Shown here: positions 56,667 through 64,000 of the stretch, piece after piece | Layout of the letters: every line of letters begins with the position of its first letter | Numbering within the stretch: the stretch's first letter is position 1 | NCBI GenBank assembly: GCA_949290705.1 | Contig: CASESI010000022.1 | Location: 199,921-263,920 of the forward strand | Length of the DNA: 64,000 nt | Origin: an uncultured Holosporaceae bacterium | GTDB lineage: Bacteria > Pseudomonadota > Alphaproteobacteria > UBA3830 > CASESI01 | Reading direction: 5' to 3' | Translations under genes and position numbers: made by a program | The notes under the pieces: generated by a model | Told to the model about the DNA's origin: nothing | The model's input: the letters and a program-made list of their open reading frames with translations, nothing else | Databases searched by the model: none

Positions 56667-58130
56667 ATGGCGGATTCGTCTGAATTTAAAGGGATACGTG
56701 CTATACTGTGGCCTATCCATAAGGAGGAGTTAAAGAAATTCTTGCCTATGGCATTGATGATGTTTAGCATCCTTTTTAATTATAGTTTGCTTAGAATCAG
56801 CAAGGATTCTTTGGTTGTTACAGCAGCTGGTGCTGAGGTGATCAGTGCTTTGAAATTGTGGGCTGTGCTACCTTCTGCTATGATATTCATGGTGGTGTAT
56901 GCAAAGCTTGCAAACATATTGTCTAAACCAAAGTTGTTTTACAGTATCGCATTGTTTTTCTTGGCATTTTTTGGTGTATTTGGGTTCATATTGTACCCTT
57001 TGGGTGATACTTTATACATCAATGTTACAAGTTGGATCGAGGCAGCTCCATCATTTAAATGGATATTTATGATGATCTCGATTTGGCCAAGGTCTTTGTT
57101 TTACATTATGTCAGAGCTTTGGGGAAGCGTGATGTTAAGCTTGATGTTCTGGCAGTTCGCGAACCAGATTACGCCTGTTTTACAAGCAAAGCGTTTTTAT
57201 GCAATGTTTGGTTTCGTCGGAAATACCGGGTTGATCTTGTCAGGTGGCATTTCTAAGTGGGTTAAAAATATGGACCCTGTCACGGCAAACTATGTTGTGA
57301 TAGTTGCTATTATCGCTTTTGGTGCTTTGGCAATGTTCTTGTATTCATGGATGCAAAAGAACGTTTTGACGGATCCAAAATGTTATAACCCAGAAGAAAT
57401 TCAAACAAAGAAAAAGAAAGCTAAACTTTCTTTGGGTGAAAGCTTTAAATATATTTTCACATCGAAATATATCATGTTTATCGCATTGCTCGTGATTTGT
57501 TACGGTATCAGCATTAACCTTGTTGAGGGTGTTTGGAAAGATCAGCTTAAGCAATTATGCCCAGATGAAGGTTCATATCGTAGCTTTATGGGGGGATTAC
57601 AGATTTGGACGGCTGTCGGAACAATTTTGTTCATGATCGTTGGTACAAACATCGTGCGTATTTTTGGATGGTTCACTGGTGCTATGGCAACACCTTTGAT
57701 GGTATTGGTAACAGGTGCATTGTTCTTCTTGCTTATCACATATAGGGATAGTTCAGAGGCAATGGTTATCGGAATGGGCTTCTCAAGTGCATTAGAGTTG
57801 ATTGCTTACATGGGTCTTTTGCAGAATGTTCTTGCAAAGGCTACGAAGTACTCACTGTTCGATTCAACAAAGGAAATGTCATATATTCCACTTGATGAAG
57901 AGTTGAAGATGAAAGGTAAGGCTGCTGTCGACGTTGTTGGCGGAAGACTTGGTAAGTCAGGGGGTGCAGCGGTACAAGCTTTATTGCTTATGATTCCTGG
58001 TACGACTTTGACATCATTGGTTCCTGTGATGAGCGTCGTTTTTGTGGTGATTGTGCTTGTCTGGATCTCTGCTGTTGTGGGACTCAATAAAGAGTTCTCT
58101 GCAAAAACGAATAATATCGCAAATAAGTAA
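56667..58130 (+). CDS. tlc: ATP/ADP translocase (Tlc/NTT nucleotide transporter)
   Basis: 487 aa with about 12 TM helices. The N-terminus LWPIHKEELKKFLPMALMMFSILFNYSLLRISKDSLVV matches, from memory, rickettsial and chlamydial Tlc proteins. A strong SD AAGGAG is present. Confidence 0.92.
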   Translation: MADSSEFKGIRAILWPIHKEELKKFLPMALMMFSILFNYSLLRISKDSLVVTAAGAEVISALKLWAVLPSAMIFMVVYAKLANILSKPKLFYSIALFFLAFFGVFGFILYPLGDTLYINVTSWIEAAPSFKWIFMMISIWPRSLFYIMSELWGSVMLSLMFWQFANQITPVLQAKRFYAMFGFVGNTGLILSGGISKWVKNMDPVTANYVVIVAIIAFGALAMFLYSWMQKNVLTDPKCYNPEEIQTKKKKAKLSLGESFKYIFTSKYIMFIALLVICYGISINLVEGVWKDQLKQLCPDEGSYRSFMGGLQIWTAVGTILFMIVGTNIVRIFGWFTGAMATPLMVLVTGALFFLLITYRDSSEAMVIGMGFSSALELIAYMGLLQNVLAKATKYSLFDSTKEMSYIPLDEELKMKGKAAVDVVGGRLGKSGGAAVQALLLMIPGTTLTSLVPVMSVVFVVIVLVWISAVVGLNKEFSAKTNNIANK

Positions 58131-58213
58131 ATCTTTAATTTTATACACTTCTTTTTTATATTTTTTTCATTATTTTGTGTTAGAATTCACTTTATAAACT
58201 AGTAGAATTACGT

Positions 58214-58687
58214 ATGTGCAAAAATATAATCTATACAATCATAGGTGTAGTTATAGTATTTATTGCCACTTGTAGTATATACTTTATACAAAATCCCACA
58301 AATACAGTTCATAGATCGTGCCAGGTTAATGATTATTCCAATATTAAGGTAAAGAAAGCTAGACCAAAAAAATTCAACAAACGAAACGGAAAAATATTCA
58401 AATGCAAAAAGGACGAAAAATTGTATGCTGTGTTTAGAAGGTATAAAGATTCATCTAAACCAAAAGAATTACTATTTGTATTTACGAAGGGTAGTTTTTC
58501 TGACAATGGAAAAGGAGAGGTAAATTTTATAAGGGAAGTAAAGATTGAAGGAAAACCAGGGATTATATTTAAAGATTCGACGGATGTAAATGCGATTATT
58601 AAGCGAAAAGATAATGCCTACTATAATGGCAAAATGATAAGAAGTCATGTGGATGACAATTCGTTATTAGAACATAAATTCAAATAA
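58214..58687 (+). CDS. Hypothetical membrane-anchored protein
   Basis: 157 aa with an N-terminal TM (IIYTIIGVVIVFIATCSIYFI) and a basic soluble domain. No family recognised. Confidence 0.55.
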   Translation: MCKNIIYTIIGVVIVFIATCSIYFIQNPTNTVHRSCQVNDYSNIKVKKARPKKFNKRNGKIFKCKKDEKLYAVFRRYKDSSKPKELLFVFTKGSFSDNGKGEVNFIREVKIEGKPGIIFKDSTDVNAIIKRKDNAYYNGKMIRSHVDDNSLLEHKFK

Positions 58688-58754
58688 ATTTTTTATTTTT
58701 TACCAAAATTTAACTAATTATTGCTAGCCTAGCTTTAAGTGTGGAGAGATCCCT

Positions 58755-58940
58755 ATGCTGGAGGTTATTTTTGAATTTGTTACTGTTGGTAACTTTGTAA
58801 AAATAAGCGCAATAGATGTCGAAACAGGAACAGAAGTAAGTATAATGACACCAAGGAATATAGGTGTTAATACTATGAAAGAACAGGCAAAAAATAAATT
58901 GATTTGGAGATTGCAACAGAAAAAGAAGAAGCCTTTATAG
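58755..58940 (+). CDS. Small conserved alphaproteobacterial protein (DUF6898-like)
   Basis: 61 aa. MLEVIFEFVTVGNFVKISAIDVETGTEVSIMTP fits a pattern I recall from small conserved alphaproteobacterial proteins (E..FEF.R.GN.VKV.A.D..TG.EVS). A GGAGAG SD lies upstream. Confidence 0.6.
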   Translation: MLEVIFEFVTVGNFVKISAIDVETGTEVSIMTPRNIGVNTMKEQAKNKLIWRLQQKKKKPL

Positions 58941-59000
58941 AAAATCAAGAATATTTGATTTTAAATTGGATGTTTGATACCATATGGTGTTAGGTTTTAT

Positions 59001-59504
59001 ATGTCAAAAATTCCAGCTATTAAGGTTTTGTCACCATTCGGATTGAAAGGTTATACAAAAATAATTTCTTTTATAAGTACAGATAATTTACATCAGATAA
59101 AATCTTTTTCAACCAGCTCAGGTATTATTTATAATGTTGAAGATTTAAACACAAATGGCAGAGTCGCAAAAATTAAATTTGTTGGTATTGACACTCCGGA
59201 AGATGTTGCTATGTTAACCAATGAAGAGTTGATGATAGATTCGGATGAGCTTCCAGAACTGAATGATGACGAAATATATTTATTCAAGTTGGTTGATAAT
59301 GATGTAATTTTCAAGGGTAAGAAATTTGGTTTAGTACATTCGGTTCAAAATTTTGGTGCTGGAGATTTGTTAGAGATAGCAATTTTGGATGAGAATGCTG
59401 AAATCAAAGATACTGTGTTTGTTCCGTTTTCAAAAGAATGTATATTGATAAAAGATGACAACACTGTTGAGCTTACTGATTTTTGTTATGACAATTATTT
59501 TTAA
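59001..59504 (+). CDS. rimM: 16S rRNA processing protein RimM
   Basis: Start at ATG 59001 (MSKIPAIKVLSPFGLKGY). The PRC-barrel C-terminus is present and the gene sits directly upstream of trmD, the canonical synteny. Confidence 0.88.
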   Translation: MSKIPAIKVLSPFGLKGYTKIISFISTDNLHQIKSFSTSSGIIYNVEDLNTNGRVAKIKFVGIDTPEDVAMLTNEELMIDSDELPELNDDEIYLFKLVDNDVIFKGKKFGLVHSVQNFGAGDLLEIAILDENAEIKDTVFVPFSKECILIKDDNTVELTDFCYDNYF

Positions 59505-59507
59505 AAC

Positions 59508-60224
59508 ATGCATATTACTATTTTGACATTATTTCCTGAAATTTTTAATGGTGTTTTTGAATCTTCTATTTTGGGAAAAAGTCTTGTCAATCACACCTGG
59601 TCATTAGACCTTGTCAATATTCGTGATTTTGCTGAATCAAAAAATAAAGAAGTTGATGATAAAACGTATGGGGGAGGAAGAGGCCGAATTATAAGAGCTG
59701 ATGTTCTTGCAAAATGTTTGGATAATGCGATTTTGAAAATTGGCGAAACTCCAAGGATTATATATACCTCTCCGCGTGGCAAATTAATAACTCAAAATAA
59801 AATCCGTGAATTAAGCGATAGTCAAAATATAATTTTTATTTGTGGTCGTTACGAAGGGATAGATCAAAGGATAATTGATGCTTACAATGTTGAAGAAATA
59901 AGCATCGGTGATTTTGTGTTAACAGGTGGCGAGATTCCTGTAATGGCAATTGTGGATGCTGTGGTAAGGTTGCTACCTGGTACAATTAAAAATACGGAGT
60001 TTGATGATGAAGAATCATTCAATAATAATTTGCTTGAATATGACCAATTCACAATTCCGGCGGATGTTCAGATAAATGGTAAAGTTTTTTCTGTCCCACG
60101 TGAATTGACTTCGGGGAATCATAGTGTCATTCAAAAATACAGATATGAAAATTCTAAAATTATCACTGCGAAAAAAAGACCTGATATTTGGGCGAAATTT
60201 GTTAAGTCAAAATTTGAAAAATAA
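59508..60224 (+). CDS. trmD: tRNA (guanine37-N1)-methyltransferase TrmD
   Basis: 238 aa. MHITILTLFPEIF, GRYEGIDQR and LTGGEIPVMAIVDAV are the TrmD knot motifs. Confidence 0.95.
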   Translation: MHITILTLFPEIFNGVFESSILGKSLVNHTWSLDLVNIRDFAESKNKEVDDKTYGGGRGRIIRADVLAKCLDNAILKIGETPRIIYTSPRGKLITQNKIRELSDSQNIIFICGRYEGIDQRIIDAYNVEEISIGDFVLTGGEIPVMAIVDAVVRLLPGTIKNTEFDDEESFNNNLLEYDQFTIPADVQINGKVFSVPRELTSGNHSVIQKYRYENSKIITAKKRPDIWAKFVKSKFEK

Positions 60225-60340
60225 TTTTATTATTTACTAAAAATTAATATTATTCTGTCATAATATAATAATTAGTCGATAGTTTTTTTGGTATCATAAA
60301 ATTTGTTTGGTAACACTTTAAGGGATATAAAGGTGTAAAA

Positions 60341-60802
60341 ATGAAGAAGGCGAAAAATACGACTGATACCCGTGAAACGGATAATATTCATATTAATAAT
60401 ATAGAGAGTATTGAATCTTCTAATTTGGATGATTTATTAAAGATTAACAACATGGATCTGCAAAAACAATATACCTTACGTAAGAAGGCTGAGATTGAAA
60501 ATATTTCTGTTAATATTTCCGAATTTGAAGAGGCGATAAATGCTATCAAGGGAATGCTTGCCGTTTATCAGTGTGAGTATAATGATTCTATTAATACTAT
60601 TGCTGAATTTGATTCCAAAATAAAATTATGTGCTGAGGCAGATAGGATAGAAGAATTACATTTGGTGCGGGAATATTACACTGCAAAAGTTTTGATTATT
60701 AATAACGAAATCGAACTTAAAAATACAAGAATTACACTTATTGAAAAAATGATTGAGTTTTTAAAGGCAAAATTGAAAAACATCAACATCTATATGCAGT
60801 AA
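60341..60802 (+). CDS. Hypothetical coiled-coil protein
   Basis: 153 aa inserted between trmD and rplS. An AAAGGTG SD is present and the protein is heptad-rich. No family recognised. Confidence 0.55.
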   Translation: MKKAKNTTDTRETDNIHINNIESIESSNLDDLLKINNMDLQKQYTLRKKAEIENISVNISEFEEAINAIKGMLAVYQCEYNDSINTIAEFDSKIKLCAEADRIEELHLVREYYTAKVLIINNEIELKNTRITLIEKMIEFLKAKLKNINIYMQ

Positions 60803-60813
60803 TTCCCTGCATT

Positions 60814-60852
60814 TTAACCAAATATTAAAAAAATATTAAAAAAATTAAAAAA
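60814..60852 (+). repeat. Phased A-tract / TTAA array (11-bp unit atattaaaaaa x2 plus a partial unit) upstream of the rplS promoter
   Basis: TTAA occurs at 60814, 60825, 60836 and 60845 (spacing 11, 11, 9), giving two overlapping TTAA-N7-TTAA units. The array sits at the UP-element position relative to the -35 at 60857. Confidence 0.6.
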
Positions 60853-60856
60853 GTTC

Positions 60857-60885
60857 TTGACTTTTTAGAAAAAGTATGCTACAGT
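60857..60885 (+). promoter_or_regulatory. Sigma-70 promoter of rplS (shared cassette with the tRNA-Lys promoter)
   Basis: TTGACT, 17 nt (ttttagaaaaagtatgc), TACAGT, 32 nt upstream of the rplS ATG. Confidence 0.6.
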
Positions 60886-60916
60886 AAAAAATATTTATTA
60901 AAAATCCGAATTAATT

Positions 60917-61273
60917 ATGAATGAATTGTTGAAGTTTGAGCAGGATCAGATTGCAAGTCTTGGGAAGAAATTCCCTGATTTTAAGGCTGGCGATAGTATC
61001 GTCGTGACTTTGAATGTGAAAGAGGGGGATAAGGAAAGGAAGCAAAAATTTGCTGGAGTCTGTATCGCTCGTAGGAATAGAGGGATTGGTTCAACGTTCC
61101 GCGTTAGAAAGCAATCGTTTGGTTTTTATGTGGAGCGTTTGTTCGCTCTTTATTCTCCAAGTGTGGTTGATATCGAGGTACAAAAAGTTGGCGTTGTAAG
61201 AAGGGCAAAGCTTTATTATTTAAGAGATAGGGAAGGTAAAGGTGTAAAAATAAGAGAAAAGGTTAATAATTAA
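60917..61273 (+). CDS. rplS: 50S ribosomal protein L19
   Basis: 118 aa. FKAGDSIVV...KEGDKERKQKFAGVCIARRNRG is typical of L19. Confidence 0.96.
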   Translation: MNELLKFEQDQIASLGKKFPDFKAGDSIVVTLNVKEGDKERKQKFAGVCIARRNRGIGSTFRVRKQSFGFYVERLFALYSPSVVDIEVQKVGVVRRAKLYYLRDREGKGVKIREKVNN

Positions 61274-61274
61274 T

Positions 61275-61302
61275 TTGACTTTTATCTTGTGTTGTGTATA
61301 AT
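61275..61302 (+). promoter_or_regulatory. Consensus sigma-70 promoter of tRNA-Gly (and probably rpmF-plsX)
   Basis: TTGACT (61275-61280), 16 nt, TATAAT (61297-61302), ending 10 nt upstream of the tRNA 5' end. Confidence 0.6.
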
Positions 61303-61312
61303 AAGAACAGTT

Positions 61313-61386
61313 GCGGGTGTAGCTCAATGGTAGAGTTCCGGCCTTCCAAGCCGTGTATGTGGGTTCGATTCCCATCACCCGCTCCA
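61313..61386 (+). tRNA. tRNA-Gly (anticodon UCC)
   Basis: Hand-folded. GCGGGTG acceptor, GCTCAATGGTAGAG D-arm, anticodon loop CTTCCAA, GGGTTCGATTCCC T-arm. The 3' TCCA is encoded. Confidence 0.88.
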
Positions 61387-61409
61387 ATCATTAAGGGGAA
61401 AAATTAAAA

Positions 61410-61598
61410 ATGGCTGTACCTAAGAAAAAGACGACCCCTTCGCGTATGAAGATGAGAAGGTCGCATCAGACACTTGAGTCTGTGAATTATGTTTCTTGCC
61501 CAAATTGTGGTTCTGACAGGTTACCACATCATGTTTGTCCTACATGCGGTTATTATAATGGAAAGGCTGTGTTAAAGGACAAGAGGGTGTCTGAGTAG
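61410..61598 (+). CDS. rpmF: 50S ribosomal protein L32
   Basis: 62 aa. It starts MAVPKKKTTPSRMKMRRSH and has the Zn ribbon CPNCG...CPTCG. Confidence 0.95.
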   Translation: MAVPKKKTTPSRMKMRRSHQTLESVNYVSCPNCGSDRLPHHVCPTCGYYNGKAVLKDKRVSE

Positions 61599-61612
61599 TT
61601 AATTTTGGGATT

Positions 61613-62623
61613 ATGACCAAGTCTATTGCCGTTGATTGTATGGGCGGAGATTCCGCTCCTAAGGTCATAATCGAGGGGTTGAAGGTTGTCTTCGATTCAG
61701 GAGTCGAGGATGTTCATTTCAACCTATTTGGGGATGACTCTCTTGAGGAGTTTGTTCCGTTGATTGGCGGAAAATATTCTGATCGCTTTTCCGTCTATGG
61801 TGCTCCTGCTGTTGATTTAAAAAATATGAAGCCTTCTGTGGCGATTCGCATGGCGAAAAATTCAAGTATGGGGCTTGCAATACAATCTGTTAAAAACGGC
61901 GAGTCGGATGCATGTATTTCTGCTGGGAATACCGGCGCGTACATGGCATTGTCAAAGGTATTGCTTAAAATGATACCGGGGATAGAAAGACCGGCTATCG
62001 CGACTTATATTCCGAAAGATAACGGAAATTGTGTAATGTTGGATCTTGGGGCGAATGCTGATTGTTCACCTAAAAATATTATTGATTTTGCGATCATGGG
62101 TGAGGCGTTCGCGCGTGTTAGGCTTGGTAAAGAGTCGCCAAAAGTCGCGATTTTAAATATTGGCGCGGAAGATATAAAAGGAAACCTCGTGGTCCAAGAT
62201 GCCTATAAACAAATCACAGACAATAATTTATTAAAAAATTTCCACGGGTTTATTGAAGGTGACCAGATTTTCAAAACCGATATAGACGTTGTTGTGACGG
62301 ACGGTTTTTCTGGCAATATCGCACTGAAAGTGACGGAAGGTACCGTCAGGTTTATTATGGAAAGGGTCAAGAAGGCTTTTAAGACCAATTGGTTGACGAA
62401 GTTATCTTACTTGATTCTTAAAAAAGCGTTGGTGCGTAATTTGGGTTTTTTGAACCCTGGTAACCACAATGGTGCTATGCTGTTAGGGCTAAATGGTATT
62501 GTGGTGAAGAGCCACGGCGGTACAGATGCCGTTGGTTTCGCGAATGCAATTAAAGCTACCATTAAAATTTTGGAAGATGATTTTGTGCAGAGAGTGAAAG
62601 AGCAAATTGAAAACCAAGAGTAA
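61613..62623 (+). CDS. plsX: Phosphate acyltransferase PlsX
   Basis: 336 aa. AVDCMGGD, SAGNTGA and KSHGG motifs are present, and it follows rpmF as usual. Confidence 0.95.
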   Translation: MTKSIAVDCMGGDSAPKVIIEGLKVVFDSGVEDVHFNLFGDDSLEEFVPLIGGKYSDRFSVYGAPAVDLKNMKPSVAIRMAKNSSMGLAIQSVKNGESDACISAGNTGAYMALSKVLLKMIPGIERPAIATYIPKDNGNCVMLDLGANADCSPKNIIDFAIMGEAFARVRLGKESPKVAILNIGAEDIKGNLVVQDAYKQITDNNLLKNFHGFIEGDQIFKTDIDVVVTDGFSGNIALKVTEGTVRFIMERVKKAFKTNWLTKLSYLILKKALVRNLGFLNPGNHNGAMLLGLNGIVVKSHGGTDAVGFANAIKATIKILEDDFVQRVKEQIENQE

Positions 62624-63296
62624 CTCGACCATTATTTGTACAATTTTAGAGCTGATTAAAAAATACAGCTCTGAGGAGCATTTGCGATTTTTGAGACATT
62701 CTTTGCAATTGCAAGAATGTGGGTACGGCGCTGATAACATGTGCGTCGGTACGAAGGTTCCCGTTTTGCGGGACATAGCTGAGTATTACGGATATCTCAA
62801 TAGTGAGTATTTGGAGAGAATGCTACGGCATGAAGTGCATGAGATGCGGTTTGTTGCACTTTTGATCATGATTGATCGGTTTGCGCATTCTAAGAAAAGT
62901 ATTTATGATTTGTATGTCAGAAATATTGGAATGCTGGATAATTGGGATTTAGTGGATCTCTCGGCCCATAAAATTTTAGGGGAATATTCCTATCTGAATT
63001 CCAATTGCGAAGAGATTATAAATCTCTCGAATGACGATGGCTTGTGGAAAAATAGAGTTGCCGTCGTTTCGACATGGGCGTTTATAAAAAGGGGGAAATT
63101 TGAGTTCCCATTACAGATAATAAAAAAATTCATCACCCATCCGCATCACTTAATTTTAAAAGCATCTGGGTGGATGTTACGCGAAATAGGAAAGAGGGAT
63201 CAAAACGCCATGATGGGATTTATCTTGGAAAATAATTCAATGATAAGTTCAATCACAAAAAGCTACGCAATGGAGATATTTAAAAAGAAAAAATAA
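62607..63296 (+). CDS. DNA alkylation repair protein (AlkD/AlkC-like HEAT-repeat family)
   Basis: 229 aa of helical repeats. NWDLVDLSAHKILGEY and WMLREIGKRD are motifs I associate with this family. The only in-frame start is TTG 62607, which overlaps plsX by 17 nt. Confidence 0.6.
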   Translation: MKTKSNSTIICTILELIKKYSSEEHLRFLRHSLQLQECGYGADNMCVGTKVPVLRDIAEYYGYLNSEYLERMLRHEVHEMRFVALLIMIDRFAHSKKSIYDLYVRNIGMLDNWDLVDLSAHKILGEYSYLNSNCEEIINLSNDDGLWKNRVAVVSTWAFIKRGKFEFPLQIIKKFITHPHHLILKASGWMLREIGKRDQNAMMGFILENNSMISSITKSYAMEIFKKKK

Positions 63297-63767
63297 TTAA
63301 ATACTTTTTTTAATAGAGAATTTACCATCACTATTCTTTGTAATAGTATAATGAACTTTAGATTTTATTCTACCATCCTCTACTCGACCTGAATAAATAT
63401 TGATTTCAGCACTAACACCATATGGACCTCCATAATATACAGTACCAAATTTCAAAGATGTTGAAGAATCATTGAATACAACAGAGTTAAAAGGATTTCC
63501 ATTATTGTTATATTTCTGTGAAGTGGTAATGCTGTAATTAGCACTATCAAAAGCTCTTTCTATTTCTAGCTTATCAGACATACCACGAGTCATTAAAATT
63601 TCAAATAATGTAATTTCCTTTGAATTATATTGTTTAATTTTTGTATTTAAAATATCTGCGATATCTCCTTTTAAGGTCTCCAAATCTTTATTAAAATTTT
63701 TCGTGTCAGAATAATGGTCCAAGATTTTAGTAACATTGTTTGCGCAGAACGCATTGTCAATTCCCAT
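63297..63767 (-). CDS. Hypothetical protein of the cassette-led family (probably exported if the upstream -1 frame is used)
   Basis: The 156-aa track ORF starts MGIDNAFCANN. A signal-peptide-like extension (KKSSIKSIIFSGLLAFSF) is open directly upstream in the same frame but has no start codon. A good SD-ATG lies at 63838 in the +1-offset frame. Confidence 0.65.
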   Translation of the reverse strand: MGIDNAFCANNVTKILDHYSDTKNFNKDLETLKGDIADILNTKIKQYNSKEITLFEILMTRGMSDKLEIERAFDSANYSITTSQKYNNNGNPFNSVVFNDSSTSLKFGTVYYGGPYGVSAEINIYSGRVEDGRIKSKVHYTITKNSDGKFSIKKSI

Positions 63768-63935
63768 GAAGCTGAAAGCGAGTAATCCCGAAAAAATAAT
63801 TGATTTTATCGAAGATTTTTTATGTTATAGTTTGTCATTTTTATCCTCCATTTTGACATTAATAATAGAATATACACTATGAAAATATTATTGCACAAAA
63901 TAATTAATAAAATATTAATTTTGTAAAATTTTTTA
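63734..63935 (-). repeat. Copy B of the ~200-bp duplicated 5' cassette
   Basis: It aligns by eye with 56323-56540 (see copy A) in the same orientation, 7.4 kb away. Confidence 0.85.
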
Positions 63936-64000
63936 AAAAGAAAAAAAATTAAAAAGATATTTTATGAATTTGTAGCTTTGGAGTCCGATTTATAAATTTT

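Noticed and set aside
58710-58948. Two overlapping minus-strand ORFs (68 and 74 aa)
   Set aside because: The plus-strand 61-aa ORF (58755-58940) has an SD and matches a conserved small alphaproteobacterial protein pattern. The minus-strand ORFs are hydrophobic shadows of it.
1-64000. CRISPR arrays, rRNA operons, prophage or conjugative modules, toxin-antitoxin pairs
   Set aside because: I saw no regularly spaced direct repeats, no rRNA-like conserved stretches, no integrase, transposase, capsid or relaxase motifs, and no convincing small two-gene TA-like cassettes in any frame of the ORF track or the spacers I read.

Overview
This is an AT-rich, very gene-dense 64-kb chromosomal segment. It reads as an obligate-intracellular alphaproteobacterium of the Rickettsiales/Holosporales type. 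The diagnostic genes are a CtrA orthologue, a FliX-like regulator, a split F0 ATP-synthase operon with both b and b' subunits, an ATP/ADP translocase (Tlc/NTT), MlaA/MlaC and two PBP5-type DD-carboxypeptidases. Around them sits a housekeeping backbone: nusB, ftsK, prmC, infB, grpE, hupB, trxB, ruvAB, truA, xseB, folD, dnaQ, accD, argS, gpsA, uvrB, tig, secG, pyrG, sodB, rimM, trmD, rplS, rpmF and plsX. I found six tRNAs by hand-folding: Leu-CAG, Leu-CAA, Lys-UUU, Gln-CUG, Glu-CUC and Gly-UCC. I saw no rRNA, CRISPR array, transposase, integrase or phage genes. Genes are packed so tightly that several convergent pairs share or abut stop codons, and one divergent pair shares a CAT|ATG junction. 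Four candidates look most worth a second look. (1) A block at 46.6-53.8 kb holds three atypical signalling proteins around sodB: a REC-kinase whose phospho-Asp and phospho-His positions are both Asn, a helical/SLOG-like/class III cyclase fusion whose two purine-specifying residues are both Asn, and a 1099-aa LuxR-HTH/TM/NB-ARC/TPR STAND protein. (2) A roughly 200-bp 5' cassette is duplicated at 56.3 kb and 63.7 kb in front of two diverged paralogues. In it a good SD-ATG opens a short uORF, and the signal-peptide-like continuation lies in the -1 frame behind an A_AAA_AAT heptamer. (3) A phased cluster of DnaA-box matches lies in the uvrB-tig spacer. (4) There are also a solitary minimal HMG-CoA reductase, an orphan TadG-like giant protein and a secreted HExxH protein. 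All family assignments rest on motif recognition by eye. No searches were run.
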